Virus record (IMG/VR): IMGVR_UViG_3300043777_000102
Coordinates: 6,888-70,887 of that record
Length of the DNA stretch: 64,000 nucleotides
Source: a virus
Strand: one strand, 5' to 3'
Shown: piece after piece, positions 46,176-55,788 of the stretch
Layout of the letters: every line of letters starts with the position of its first letter
How positions within the stretch are numbered: position 1 is the stretch's first letter
Notes under the pieces: model-generated
What the model saw: the letters and a program-made list of their open reading frames with translations, nothing else
The model's database searches: none
What the model was told of the DNA's origin: nothing
Translations under genes and position numbers: made by a program

Positions 46176-46661
46176 ATGAGCGACACCGACCAGATCGCCG
46201 CCGTTCCTGGCGACACTGAGACACACCCTGAGAGCGCGGCTACTACGGCCGGGGCCGCTCTGGATGCCAGCGATGGGTCCGGAGCGGCTGCCTCTGGGGA
46301 TGAGCCGACCGACCGCGAAGCCGCCGTGCAGCGACTCGGGGTCGCGACCGACGCCGCGCTGAGCGAGATGGGATATGAGCGCGACGCGCCAGCGCCCGCG
46401 CCGATTTCCCCGATCGTCCCGCCGCCCCCGACTCTCGGCGTCCTGATTCACGACATGGGCGACGGCAATGCCGGCATCCACGCGATCGAGCCCGACGGCA
46501 CCGAGCACGCGATCTCGATGCCGATGGCGCACGGCGCGCTGATCGCCTTCATGGACATGATCCGCGGCCGGCTGCCCGAGCTCGGCAACCGGGCGACGGC
46601 CTACACGGTCAAGAAGCCGGGTGAGGACGAGGAGCCGGCCGAACCACCGGTCGCGGCGTGA
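46176..46661 (+). CDS. Acidic hypothetical protein
   Basis: AGGAG RBS. Confidence 0.65.
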   Translation: MSDTDQIAAVPGDTETHPESAATTAGAALDASDGSGAAASGDEPTDREAAVQRLGVATDAALSEMGYERDAPAPAPISPIVPPPPTLGVLIHDMGDGNAGIHAIEPDGTEHAISMPMAHGALIAFMDMIRGRLPELGNRATAYTVKKPGEDEEPAEPPVAA

Positions 46662-46831
46662 TGGCCGATCCAGCCGATTTCGCGCACACGCCGCCCGACC
46701 AGGCGACTGCGCACATACCGACGCTGAAGCCGATGGAAGACCCGCGGGTGGAAAGCGATGAGCCGCTGAAGTTCCCGGACCGGATCAGGAGCCAGGGATC
46801 AAGCAATTCTCGCCGATGGTATGGCGGATGA
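46661..46831 (+). CDS. 56-aa hypothetical protein
   Basis: TGATG coupling. Confidence 0.45.
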   Translation: MADPADFAHTPPDQATAHIPTLKPMEDPRVESDEPLKFPDRIRSQGSSNSRRWYGG

Positions 46832-46940
46832 TCGACGGAACCGACTTGCCCTACACCCCATCGAACCAACCGGCAGCCCCCGTCTGATGGCCGTCATCAC
46901 CACCGGCAATGAGCCGAAGGGACTCAGCGGAGGCACCAGG

Positions 46941-47192
46941 ATGGCGAAGACCACGTTCACCCCGAGCGGCGGCGTCAAGGCATCCAGCCGGAAGGCGTCC
47001 GAGAAGCGCGGCCACACGATGAAGGGCGGCGGCTTCCCGATCGAGGACACTGCCGATCTGGCGCGCGCCAAACGTGACATCGGCCGGGCGAAGAACCCGG
47101 CCGCAGCCCGGGCCTGGGTGAATAAGCGGGCTCATCAGCTCGGCGCAGCACCGGTCGGCGCCCACGCGCACCACCCGCCGGCGCGCCGCTGA
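46941..47192 (+). CDS. Small basic phage protein (DUF6582-like)
   Basis: GGAGG RBS; FPIED..DL..A....GRAKNP...RA..LG. Confidence 0.65.
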   Translation: MAKTTFTPSGGVKASSRKASEKRGHTMKGGGFPIEDTADLARAKRDIGRAKNPAAARAWVNKRAHQLGAAPVGAHAHHPPARR

Positions 47193-47209
47193 CCCAGCCG
47201 GCCTGACGC

Positions 47210-48700
47210 ATGCCCCTGGTCTACTCCTGCGAGGGCATGCCCACGATCCAGCGGTTCTTCGAATCGGATGCCTACATCCGCGGCCTCATGGGACCGTACG
47301 GGAGCGGGAAAAGCTCGGCTTGTGTGATGGAGGTCGCCCAGCGCGGCATCCGACAGGCTCCGGGACCTGACGGGGTGCGCCGGTCGCGCTTCGCGGTCAT
47401 CCGTAACACGATCAAGCAGCTTGAGGACACGACCGAAAAAACTTTCCTGCAATGGTTCCCGCCGATCCAGTTCGGCGATTGGACCCCAAGCAAGCACAAC
47501 TACAGAATCCGGGCTCTCCGCGGCGAAGGGGACGACCGAGGGGCGGAAATCGAGGTGATGTTCCGCGCCTTGGACCGCCCGGATCAGAAGGGCGACCTGC
47601 TCTCGATGGAGCTGACTGGCGCTTGGATCAATGAGGGCCGTGAGATCGACTGGGAAATTTTCGAGGCCGTGACTGGCCGCACCGGCCGGTATCCGCCGAA
47701 GGGCATCGGGCCCGGGGCGACTTGGTTCGGCCTATTCAGCGACACGAACCCGCCCGACACGGATTCAGATTGGTACCGGTTTTTCGAGGAGGAGGACCAC
47801 TCCGAGAAGGTGGCCGAACTCGCCAAAGTCGTGCCGGGCATGACTGTCGACAGCTTCCGGCAAATCTTCAAACAGCCCAGCGGACGATCGGCACGCGCGG
47901 AAAATCTCAACCACTTGGTCGACGGCTATTATCAGCGCGAGGCCATCGGCAAGAGCGACGAGTGGGTCAAGATCTTCGTCGACGGCCAGTACGGCTTCAC
48001 GGTCGAAGGGCGCCCGGTCTGGCCTGGTTACAGCGATGCGCTTCACTGCCCCGCGGAAAAACGGCTCTGGCCGCGCCCGATCGAGGGTCTGCCAATTCAG
48101 CGGGGCTGGGATTTCGGGGGCACTCCGGCCTGTGCCTTCAGCCAGATCACTCCCCGCGGGCAGTGGATCATCTTCGACGAGATGACGTCGACGCGGTCCG
48201 ATGCCGACGAGTTTTCCGATCATGTGCTGGACCACTGCGCGCGTGAGTATCCGCAATTCGAGTTCGAGGACGTGGGCGACCCCGCTGGTAACTCGCGGTC
48301 GGATGCCGACTCGAAGACCTGCTTCATGATTCTCCGTGGCAAGCACATCCTGATCGAGCCGGGTATCCAGACCCTGGCCATCCGGCTTGCCAGCGTGGCG
48401 AAGCCGCTCCGCACCCTAGTCGACGGCGGCTTCCCGCAGTTTGTCCTTCATCCCCGCTGTAAGGACCTGCGCCGCGGCATGATGGGGGGCTACCATTTTC
48501 GTCGGATGAAGATCAGCGGTGAGCGCTACGCTGAGACCCCAGAAAAGAATAAATTCTCCCATATTTGCGATGCGCTGGGGTATACTGGCACGCGCCTGTT
48601 CGGCGTCGCGCTGCGATCACCCCCGGATAATGGCCAATCTTCTCGCCAATATGGCGACCGACTGGACGACCGCAGCAGATCGGGTGTCACGGGATATTAG
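47210..48700 (+). CDS. terL: Terminase large subunit
   Basis: Walker A GPYGSGKS; Walker B GAWINE; DTNPP; nuclease GWDFG, GDPAG, SHICDALGY. Confidence 0.95.
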   Translation: MPLVYSCEGMPTIQRFFESDAYIRGLMGPYGSGKSSACVMEVAQRGIRQAPGPDGVRRSRFAVIRNTIKQLEDTTEKTFLQWFPPIQFGDWTPSKHNYRIRALRGEGDDRGAEIEVMFRALDRPDQKGDLLSMELTGAWINEGREIDWEIFEAVTGRTGRYPPKGIGPGATWFGLFSDTNPPDTDSDWYRFFEEEDHSEKVAELAKVVPGMTVDSFRQIFKQPSGRSARAENLNHLVDGYYQREAIGKSDEWVKIFVDGQYGFTVEGRPVWPGYSDALHCPAEKRLWPRPIEGLPIQRGWDFGGTPACAFSQITPRGQWIIFDEMTSTRSDADEFSDHVLDHCAREYPQFEFEDVGDPAGNSRSDADSKTCFMILRGKHILIEPGIQTLAIRLASVAKPLRTLVDGGFPQFVLHPRCKDLRRGMMGGYHFRRMKISGERYAETPEKNKFSHICDALGYTGTRLFGVALRSPPDNGQSSRQYGDRLDDRSRSGVTGY

Positions 48701-49247
48701 TCCTATTTCCCGGATGCCAGAACTCGCCGTGAATGCGACGTGCTGCTGCGCAGTAGGCTTCGTGAGCCTCAATCTCGGTCTCGAACCGGCCGAGGTAGAG
48801 CTGCTTGCCGTTCTCGCCGATGAATGACATGAACTGGCCGCGATGCCGATAGGCCCCTTTGAGGGCGCTGGGATATTTCCGATCAGCGTGGCCGAGCATG
48901 TTCCGTGTGTTTTCGGCCTTCGATGCACCGCGAAGGTTCGTGAGGACATTGTTGTCGGTCACGTGATCCCAGTGATCGACGGTTGGCGGGTCCTCACCGG
49001 TCTCCATTCGCCAGATCAGGCGGTGCACCGGCCAGTGCTGCATGTCGAGGTTAGCCCGTAGGTGGCCCGATTTTCCTGCTCGGCTATCGCACACGTCGCC
49101 CGCAAACCGGGTGTTGTATGATTTCCATGCCGCATCGGACGCGAAGTGGTGCCGCGGCCGCCAGCGGCGCTTCAAGATGCCGGTTTCGGGATTGTATTCG
49201 AAGCACTCGCATAGATAGGCCTGGGGCGGTAGGGTGCGGGACGTCAT
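48687..49247 (-). CDS. HNH homing endonuclease with AP2-like domain
   Basis: YNPETG; VHRLIW..VDHWD....NN..TNLR..EN..N; YLGRF.T..EAH.AY. Confidence 0.9.
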   Translation of the reverse strand: MTSRTLPPQAYLCECFEYNPETGILKRRWRPRHHFASDAAWKSYNTRFAGDVCDSRAGKSGHLRANLDMQHWPVHRLIWRMETGEDPPTVDHWDHVTDNNVLTNLRGASKAENTRNMLGHADRKYPSALKGAYRHRGQFMSFIGENGKQLYLGRFETEIEAHEAYCAAARRIHGEFWHPGNRTNIP

Positions 49248-49339
49248 GTATTCCTCCGACAAGGGATCATGGCCAGGGTGCCGCGGCGGTGACACGCCGC
49301 GGTGTCCCGATCCTACCACAATCGGCCGGGGCGCCAAGC

Positions 49340-49759
49340 ATGGGCCTATCGCAGACTCGTCTGAATAATTCGTTCCGAGGCGCTCCGCTTCGCCTGGCGA
49401 CGCGCGAGGAGGAGATGTCGGCCTACGATTCGCTGCCGCGCGACCTGCGCCGGGCGCTGGACGAGAACGCAACCAACCTCTCGGCGGTCAACTGCGTCGT
49501 GCAGGCCTGGAAGCTGCTGGACATGGGCGCATCGCCGGCCCGTGCCGCTGCCGCAGTCGCCAACAAGATCAGGCAGATCGAGCCGAACGAGATCGCCATT
49601 TTCGGCGGAGAATATAAGTCAAAATATAACTCCGTTTTGGGCCATATCGCCGCCCGCGCGACCGTGATGCGCTATGGACCCGACGGCCCGAGCCGGCATC
49701 CTCCGCGGCGCGCCCCCCAGATCAGGGGCATGCGGCTGGACGTGCAGGTGGCAGCGTGA
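49340..49759 (+). CDS. Hypothetical protein (DUF6525-like)
   Basis: MSAYDSLPRDLRRAL motif. Confidence 0.6.
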   Translation: MGLSQTRLNNSFRGAPLRLATREEEMSAYDSLPRDLRRALDENATNLSAVNCVVQAWKLLDMGASPARAAAAVANKIRQIEPNEIAIFGGEYKSKYNSVLGHIAARATVMRYGPDGPSRHPPRRAPQIRGMRLDVQVAA

Positions 49760-50040
49760 GCAGGGTCGGCGGCCGCACACGCGCAGAGTGGACAGCCTAC
49801 TATCAGGGTCAGCTCGATGCTACGGAGCGCATACGCCGGCTGAATGCCGAAGCTTCGCAGGAATGCGCGAGTTGGCGCGCGACTTGGCGCGAGACTTGGT
49901 TGCCAAGGGAACGCGCCCGCATCTTTGCCTCCGGTCGGGCGGCGCGCGAGGAGGTTGAGGACAATATCGTCACCGTGGCTGAAATCGAAGCGCTTGGCTG
50001 GCGTCAGGACGTACATTGCAGATGGTGGCAAGCGCCATGA
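49756..50040 (+). CDS. Hypothetical protein
   Basis: GTGA coupling; VT..EI.ALGW motif shared with the next gene. Confidence 0.6.
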   Translation: MSRVGGRTRAEWTAYYQGQLDATERIRRLNAEASQECASWRATWRETWLPRERARIFASGRAAREEVEDNIVTVAEIEALGWRQDVHCRWWQAP

Positions 50041-50246
50041 GCGCCACGCTCACCGGGCCGAAGCCGCCGCTGCCCAGCCCGAAAAGAAAGCGCCCTGTCG
50101 CAGATGAACGGGCCGAGCACGACCGCATTTTGGCCTCTGGGCATGCGACGGATGAGGAAATAGCCGAGGGAAAAGTGACCATCAAGGAGATCGGGGCACT
50201 CGGGTGGGCGCCAGACCCAGTGCGCCGGATATGGTTCGGCCTATGA
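50037..50246 (+). CDS. Hypothetical protein; N-terminus duplicates the portal start
   Basis: MSATLTGPKPPLP vs portal MSATLAAPTPPLP. Confidence 0.6.
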   Translation: MSATLTGPKPPLPSPKRKRPVADERAEHDRILASGHATDEEIAEGKVTIKEIGALGWAPDPVRRIWFGL

Positions 50247-52480
50247 GCGCCACACTCGCGGCCCCGACACCGCCCCTTCCCGGTTTGCCGCCGAGCCTGC
50301 TGCCCAAGGGCAACGGCGCCGCGCCGCCCGAGACCGCCGAGGACACCGAAGCGGCCTCCGAGTCGCAAAAACCGCCCGAATCCGAGCACGCGGCGCTGCT
50401 GCGGCGCTGGGCGCGGATGGTCAACATCGCTGACGAGTTTTTCCACCGGGAAGGCGACACAAACGCCGAGCTCGACAAGCTCCAGATGCGTGTCAGCCGC
50501 GAGTACGACGTCGACAAGCAAAGCTGCGCCGACTACCTCGAAAAATACCAAAAATGGCTCGATTTCGCCATGCAGATCACGAAGGAGAAGACCTATCCGT
50601 GGCCGCGGGCGAGCAACGTCATCTATCCGCTGCTGAGTTCGGCCGCCATCCAGTTCGCCGCGCGCGCCTACCCGTCGATCATCCGCGACAAGGACGTGGT
50701 GAAGGGCCAGATCGTCGGAGACGACAAGGGCACACCGACCCCCGACCCGGCCACCGGCGGCCAGTTGCAGATCAATGGCCAGCCGCAGTGGGTCTCGCCG
50801 CCCGGGGCAAAGAAGATCAAGGCCGATCTCGTCGGTCGCCACATGAGCTGGCAGCTTCTGACCGAGCAGGAGGAGTGGGAGCCGCAGACCGATCGCATGT
50901 TGATCGTGCTGCCGATCGTCGGGACCATGTTCCGGAAGTCGTTTTTCGACCCCAATCTGCGCCAGAACGTCTCGGAGACCGTCGACGCGACCCGGCTGTG
51001 CGTGAATTACCACGCGCGGAGCTTCGAGACCGCGCCGCGCAAGACCGAGATCTTCGAACTCTACCCCTGGCAGATCGAGGAGCGGATCCGGTCCGGAATC
51101 TATCTGGACCGCGACTACGGGGCCGATACCGATGAGCGCTCGGCCGAGGATGAGGACAGCCCGGTCACCTTCCTCGAGCAGCACCGCCGCTATGACCTGG
51201 ATGACGACGGCTACGCCGAGCCGGTGATCGTCACCATCGCCCGCGACTCGGGAAAATTGGCCCGAATCCGCGCCGGCTGGGAGATGAGCGGCGTTGAGTG
51301 GACGCGCGACGACCGAATCCGCCGGATCGAACCGGTCGATTACTACACCAAATTCGGCTTCATCCCGTCGCCGGCGTCATGCGTCTACGACATCGGCTTC
51401 GGCCATTTGCTGTTCCCGATCAACGAGGCGATCAACACGTCGCTCAACCAGATGTTCGATGCCGGGCACCTGCAGAATGTGGGCGGCGGCTTCATCGGCT
51501 CGGGGCTGTCCATCAACACCGGCGCGGTCCGTTTCCAGGTCGGCGAGTACAAGCCGGTCAACACCATGGGCGGCAACATCCGCGACCAGGTGTTCACCCT
51601 GCCGTTCCCCGGGCCCAGCCAGGTGCTGTTCGCCCTGGTGCAGTTCCTGGTCGAAGCCGGCAAAGAGATCGCCGCGGTCAAGGATGTCATGGTCGGCGAC
51701 ATGCCAGGGGACAACACCTCGGGCATCACCACGCTGGCCGTGATCGAGCAGGGGCTGAAGGTCTACTCGGCCATCCACAAGCGGATCCTGCGGTCGCTGG
51801 GGTACGAGTTCCGCAAGCTGTTCCGGTTGAATCGGCTCTATCTGCCGCTCGAGGGCGGCTGGATGGACGGCGACGAGTGGAAGTCGATCACCCGGGACGA
51901 CTATGCAAAATCGGCAGGGGTCGCCCCGGTCAGCGACCCGCAGATGGTCACCGACATGCAGCGCCTCGGCCGGGCGCAGTTCCTGATGCAGTTCAAGGAC
52001 GACCCGCTGTTTGACGGCCGTAAGATCAGGATGGCCATCCTCGATGCCGCGCTGATCCCCGACGCCGAGGGCTTCCTTGCCCAGCAGCCGCCGCAGGACC
52101 CGAAAGTCGCCTTGAAGGGCCGCGAACTCGACATCCGCGAAGCGCACGAGCACGCCGAGGCATTCCTGCGGAAGCGCCACGACAGCGTGACCATGATCAA
52201 GGACATCGCCCAGGCCGAGCTATACCTTGCCCAAGCCCGCGCGCTGGATAATGATGCACAGCTTAAATGGGTCGAGCAGCACCTCGAAAGGCTCAAACTT
52301 GAGTACGACGCAGCCGCAGCCAGCAGCGCAGGCAGTGACACCGGAGAGGGCGGTTCCCCCGCTCCTGGTGGAGCTCAGCCCCCAGCAATTCCAGGCATGG
52401 CGCCACCACCCGGTAACCCGGCTGCTCTTGCAGGACTATCTGCCAGCATGGCGGGCAGCCCGGGGCAAGGAACTGCTTAA
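50243..52480 (+). CDS. Portal protein
   Basis: KTYPWPRASNV.YPLL..AAIQF.ARAY; DLDDDGYAEP; position after terL. Confidence 0.9.
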   Translation: MSATLAAPTPPLPGLPPSLLPKGNGAAPPETAEDTEAASESQKPPESEHAALLRRWARMVNIADEFFHREGDTNAELDKLQMRVSREYDVDKQSCADYLEKYQKWLDFAMQITKEKTYPWPRASNVIYPLLSSAAIQFAARAYPSIIRDKDVVKGQIVGDDKGTPTPDPATGGQLQINGQPQWVSPPGAKKIKADLVGRHMSWQLLTEQEEWEPQTDRMLIVLPIVGTMFRKSFFDPNLRQNVSETVDATRLCVNYHARSFETAPRKTEIFELYPWQIEERIRSGIYLDRDYGADTDERSAEDEDSPVTFLEQHRRYDLDDDGYAEPVIVTIARDSGKLARIRAGWEMSGVEWTRDDRIRRIEPVDYYTKFGFIPSPASCVYDIGFGHLLFPINEAINTSLNQMFDAGHLQNVGGGFIGSGLSINTGAVRFQVGEYKPVNTMGGNIRDQVFTLPFPGPSQVLFALVQFLVEAGKEIAAVKDVMVGDMPGDNTSGITTLAVIEQGLKVYSAIHKRILRSLGYEFRKLFRLNRLYLPLEGGWMDGDEWKSITRDDYAKSAGVAPVSDPQMVTDMQRLGRAQFLMQFKDDPLFDGRKIRMAILDAALIPDAEGFLAQQPPQDPKVALKGRELDIREAHEHAEAFLRKRHDSVTMIKDIAQAELYLAQARALDNDAQLKWVEQHLERLKLEYDAAAASSAGSDTGEGGSPAPGGAQPPAIPGMAPPPGNPAALAGLSASMAGSPGQGTA

Positions 52481-52691
52481 TTGCATCCTCGGCGGCAGCG
52501 CTGACGTTCCTACGCAGCAGCGCGTGCGCGGCGAAATCCTGATGGCGATGGGGATCGAGGACATTTCGCTGGAGACGCTGCGGCACTTCTGGGATGTGCC
52601 GCGTGACGGGACGCCGGCCTCAGCGCGCGACTATATCAACGCCGGGCCTTGGAACGACGACCGGCCGCGACCGCCGGTGGGCGGCTACTGA
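52335..52691 (+). CDS. Small head-assembly-region protein overlapping the portal 3' end
   Basis: FQAWRHHPVT motif; coupled to the next gene; start uncertain. Confidence 0.6.
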   Translation: MTPERAVPPLLVELSPQQFQAWRHHPVTRLLLQDYLPAWRAARGKELLNCILGGSADVPTQQRVRGEILMAMGIEDISLETLRHFWDVPRDGTPASARDYINAGPWNDDRPRPPVGGY

Positions 52692-52912
52692 TGACCCTCG
52701 TGGAAGCCCGCACCGTCCAACTCGGCATGGCGATCACGGTCGAGGATGAGACGTTCGCCAAAATGGCGGAGGCCGTGCAGCATCGGTTCGGATGCACGCC
52801 GTCCGCTGCTCGGGGCGCAGTGCAGGACGTGCTGGACTGGATCGGGGTCGAGCCAGAGTCCGGGCGCCCTGACGACGCCGGTCCGCGACCATCCCAGGAG
52901 GGCCGGGCATGA
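52691..52912 (+). CDS. Hypothetical protein
   Basis: TGATG coupling. Confidence 0.55.
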   Translation: MTLVEARTVQLGMAITVEDETFAKMAEAVQHRFGCTPSAARGAVQDVLDWIGVEPESGRPDDAGPRPSQEGRA

Positions 52913-53142
52913 TGGGCGATTGCACGACGGCGCGAGGCGGATGGGAGGCGCCAGCAGGCAATAAGCCGACCGGGCGCGAAAACACCGTGCAGTTCTCCTG
53001 CGGCGAATGCGGCCACAAAGAGCCTGAGCAGCCGTGGCCGCTGGATCGTGCATCGGTCGCTATGCGCGAGTGCTCTGCCTGCGGCGCGCACCGGATGAAA
53101 TTTGTCGCCTGGGAAGCTGGCGCCGAGAAAGAACCGCCATGA
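52909..53142 (+). CDS. Zinc-ribbon protein
   Basis: CGEC..CSACG. Confidence 0.55.
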   Translation: MMGDCTTARGGWEAPAGNKPTGRENTVQFSCGECGHKEPEQPWPLDRASVAMRECSACGAHRMKFVAWEAGAEKEPP

Positions 53143-53579
53143 CCCTCGAAGAAGCCGTCGCCGCCTTCGAATCGCAGATGACCGTGCATGAGGCGGTCGG
53201 CTACCCGGTGAACGACCACGGCGCTAGGGACATGAGCCGGGCGCCGACGGGTGAGCGGTACATCACCTTCGGTTGCATCGGCAGGAAGCCAGAGGGCGAG
53301 CGGATCGAGGCCTGGTTCTCGAAGGAGGATGCGGCGGTCGCCTTCTGGCTCGATTACATCCAAGGCTACGCGGCGAACTGCGGCAAACAGCTCTACTGGC
53401 GCGAGCGCCCCGAGATCGTGACCGGGACCTTCGTGGCCGTGAATCAGGCCGAGGCGATGCAGGACCAGCGGCTACGGGACAGCCTCTCGGTGGAGCTTCA
53501 CACCGTCTGGTGCCGCCTGCTGGTGTCGGCCAAGGGACCGGACGGGAAGATCATCGACGTGATCGAGGACCAGGGCTGA
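53139..53579 (+). CDS. Hypothetical protein
   Basis: ATGA coupling; LYWRERPEI. Confidence 0.65.
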   Translation: MTLEEAVAAFESQMTVHEAVGYPVNDHGARDMSRAPTGERYITFGCIGRKPEGERIEAWFSKEDAAVAFWLDYIQGYAANCGKQLYWRERPEIVTGTFVAVNQAEAMQDQRLRDSLSVELHTVWCRLLVSAKGPDGKIIDVIEDQG

Positions 53580-54043
53580 TGCAGGAGCGCTTTCTCACCA
53601 CCGACCGCGGTACGTTCAAGCTCGCGGAATACGACGGCCGCAACCGCGCCGGCCTCAAGCCCCTCTGCGACAACGTGCTGGTGCTGATCGACGCGATCGC
53701 TGGGGAAATCCCCGTCGCTGGCACCGAGGTCAAGCTGCACATGACCGATCAGGCCCAGGAAACCGGCACGCTCGGCTCGACCACCGGCGTCATCATCGCC
53801 GTCGGGCCGCAGGCGTTCGCCTACGACATGGACCGGCTGGTGAAGTGGGAAGGCGAGCGGCCCAAGCCGGGCGATCGCATCTGGTTCCAGCGCTACGCCG
53901 GCCAGGAGCACACCGGGCTCGACGGCAAGCTGTACCGGATCATGCAGGACCGCACGATCGCTGGCATGGAAGACAAAGAGGCGATGGCACTCATCGCGGC
54001 CGAGGGGGAGGCCGACCAGGTGGTGCGACGGGCGAGGGCTTAA
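53579..54043 (+). CDS. groES: Co-chaperonin GroES (Cpn10) family protein
   Basis: LKPLCDNVLV; GVIIAVGP; KPGDRI.F.RYAG...DGKLYRIM.D..I. Confidence 0.85.
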   Translation: MQERFLTTDRGTFKLAEYDGRNRAGLKPLCDNVLVLIDAIAGEIPVAGTEVKLHMTDQAQETGTLGSTTGVIIAVGPQAFAYDMDRLVKWEGERPKPGDRIWFQRYAGQEHTGLDGKLYRIMQDRTIAGMEDKEAMALIAAEGEADQVVRRARA

Positions 54044-54046
54044 CGA

Positions 54047-55039
54047 GTGTCCGAGACGCAGCAATCCGGTGCCAATGGCGCCGCGCCTCACGCCGCAATC
54101 GAAGGTCTGACCGCAGAGGAGGTTGAGGCTTCTGCGCGCGCGCTCGGGTGGAAGCCCCAGGCCGAGTTCCGCGGGCCGCCCGACAAGTGGCGCCCAGCCG
54201 ACCAGTTCATGGCATCGGCGGCCAACCCGGCGATCCTGGCCAACAATTTCCGCGTGCTCAGCGATCGCTACCGGACGCTGGAAAGCACGCATCGCACCAC
54301 GACGCAGCAGCTCACGCAGAAGCTTGATGAGGCCGTGAGCATGGTCGGAACGCTGACGGAGCGGACACGCACCTCTGAGGAACGCGCCTACGCCCGCGCG
54401 CGCAAGGAACTACTGGCCGAGCGCGACAAGGCGATCACCGAGGGCGACGCGCCGCGCGTGCGCGAACTCGACACCGAGGTGCAGGAGCTCGACGCCGGGA
54501 AGCCGCCGCCGAAGCCGACCGCGACGACCGCGACGACCACGACGACTGCCGCGCCCGCGCAGCCGACCACGCAGCAACTCGACCCCGAGATCGCCGCTTG
54601 GTCCACCCGGAATCCGTGGTTCTTCAGTGATCCCGATTTGGCCGCGGCCGCGAACGGTGTCAGTTCGGCGCTCCGGGCGAACCCGGCGACGGCCAGCCTC
54701 TCGGTCGCCGACCATCTCGTGCAGGTCGAGAACACGATCAAGCGGACCTTCCCGGACAAGTTCGCCGCCCCGAAATCGGCGGCGCGCGCAGTTGCCGCCG
54801 GTGATGAGGACGACGACGCCGAGCCGCCAGCGGTCGAGACCCCGAACAGTGGGGGCGCTGGTCGGCCGCAGGGCCAGCGCAACCGCCGCGACTTCGCCAG
54901 CATGCCGCGCGAGTCGAAGCAGCAGTTCGCCCGGTACAAGGAGATGATCGGCCGCAAGGTCGAGGAAGGCGGCAGGGTTAAGCCTTTGACAGAAGCCGAA
55001 TGGGCAGCCAACTATTGGTCACAGTTCGAGGACGCCTGA
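54047..55039 (+). CDS. Capsid scaffolding protein
   Basis: ARALGWKP..EF; coiled coil; W..RNPWF; position upstream of capsid. Confidence 0.75.
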   Translation: MSETQQSGANGAAPHAAIEGLTAEEVEASARALGWKPQAEFRGPPDKWRPADQFMASAANPAILANNFRVLSDRYRTLESTHRTTTQQLTQKLDEAVSMVGTLTERTRTSEERAYARARKELLAERDKAITEGDAPRVRELDTEVQELDAGKPPPKPTATTATTTTTAAPAQPTTQQLDPEIAAWSTRNPWFFSDPDLAAAANGVSSALRANPATASLSVADHLVQVENTIKRTFPDKFAAPKSAARAVAAGDEDDDAEPPAVETPNSGGAGRPQGQRNRRDFASMPRESKQQFARYKEMIGRKVEEGGRVKPLTEAEWAANYWSQFEDA

Positions 55040-55040
55040 G

Positions 55041-55658
55041 ATGTCGATCCGTGACGCACTGAGCCAGGAAGGCGCCGACCAGCAGCGCGCCGCGCAGGCC
55101 GCGGCCGCCGGCATCTCGCTGACCGGTCTCAGCAACAAGCACCGCGAGCGGACCGCCGACGAACCGATCTTCGGTGAGCGGGTCGACCCCGCAGCGATCC
55201 GCGGCATGGAACCAGGCACCGAAGTGCCCCCCGGCCTCGCCAAACCGCAGCTTCGCCAGGCCATGACAGCCCGCGAGCGCGTCCCGTTCGGCAACGCGCA
55301 CCAGCGGCTCTACTGGGCGCCACGCCCTGGCTTCCGGCGCTACTGGTTCAACGACACGGCGGGGCGAATCGGCCTGGCCAAGCGTGCCGGGTACGAGCAT
55401 GTCGTCGACCCCGACACCGGATCGGCGGCCTGCCGCATCGTCGGAACCGACCGCGGCGGCCGCGACATGAAGGGCTACTTGATGGAAATCCCCATCGAGT
55501 GGTATTGGCAGGATATGCAGGTCGCTCAGGACCAGCGGGACCACGATCTGAACCAGATCAAATCTGGTCAGTATGGCCCCGGGGCAGACGACCACCGCTA
55601 TGCTGGTAGCTCCAAGGGGGGCATCAGCATCAAGTTCGGGACCGGCCGCTCAGCATAG
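55041..55658 (+). CDS. Conserved head-region protein
   Basis: PGFRRYWFND..GRI..A..AGYE.V..YLMEIP.EWY. Confidence 0.75.
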   Translation: MSIRDALSQEGADQQRAAQAAAAGISLTGLSNKHRERTADEPIFGERVDPAAIRGMEPGTEVPPGLAKPQLRQAMTARERVPFGNAHQRLYWAPRPGFRRYWFNDTAGRIGLAKRAGYEHVVDPDTGSAACRIVGTDRGGRDMKGYLMEIPIEWYWQDMQVAQDQRDHDLNQIKSGQYGPGADDHRYAGSSKGGISIKFGTGRSA

Positions 55659-55788
55659 CGTCCCTCCCCAGACCGCCGGGCGCCCCAGCACGCCAGCGCC
55701 GGCGAGGTCCAGCAGACCAAATCACAGCCTGAACTGCCGAGCCCATCCGGGCCGGCTTCTGTGACCCACATGCTGGGGGTGCGCCGCG

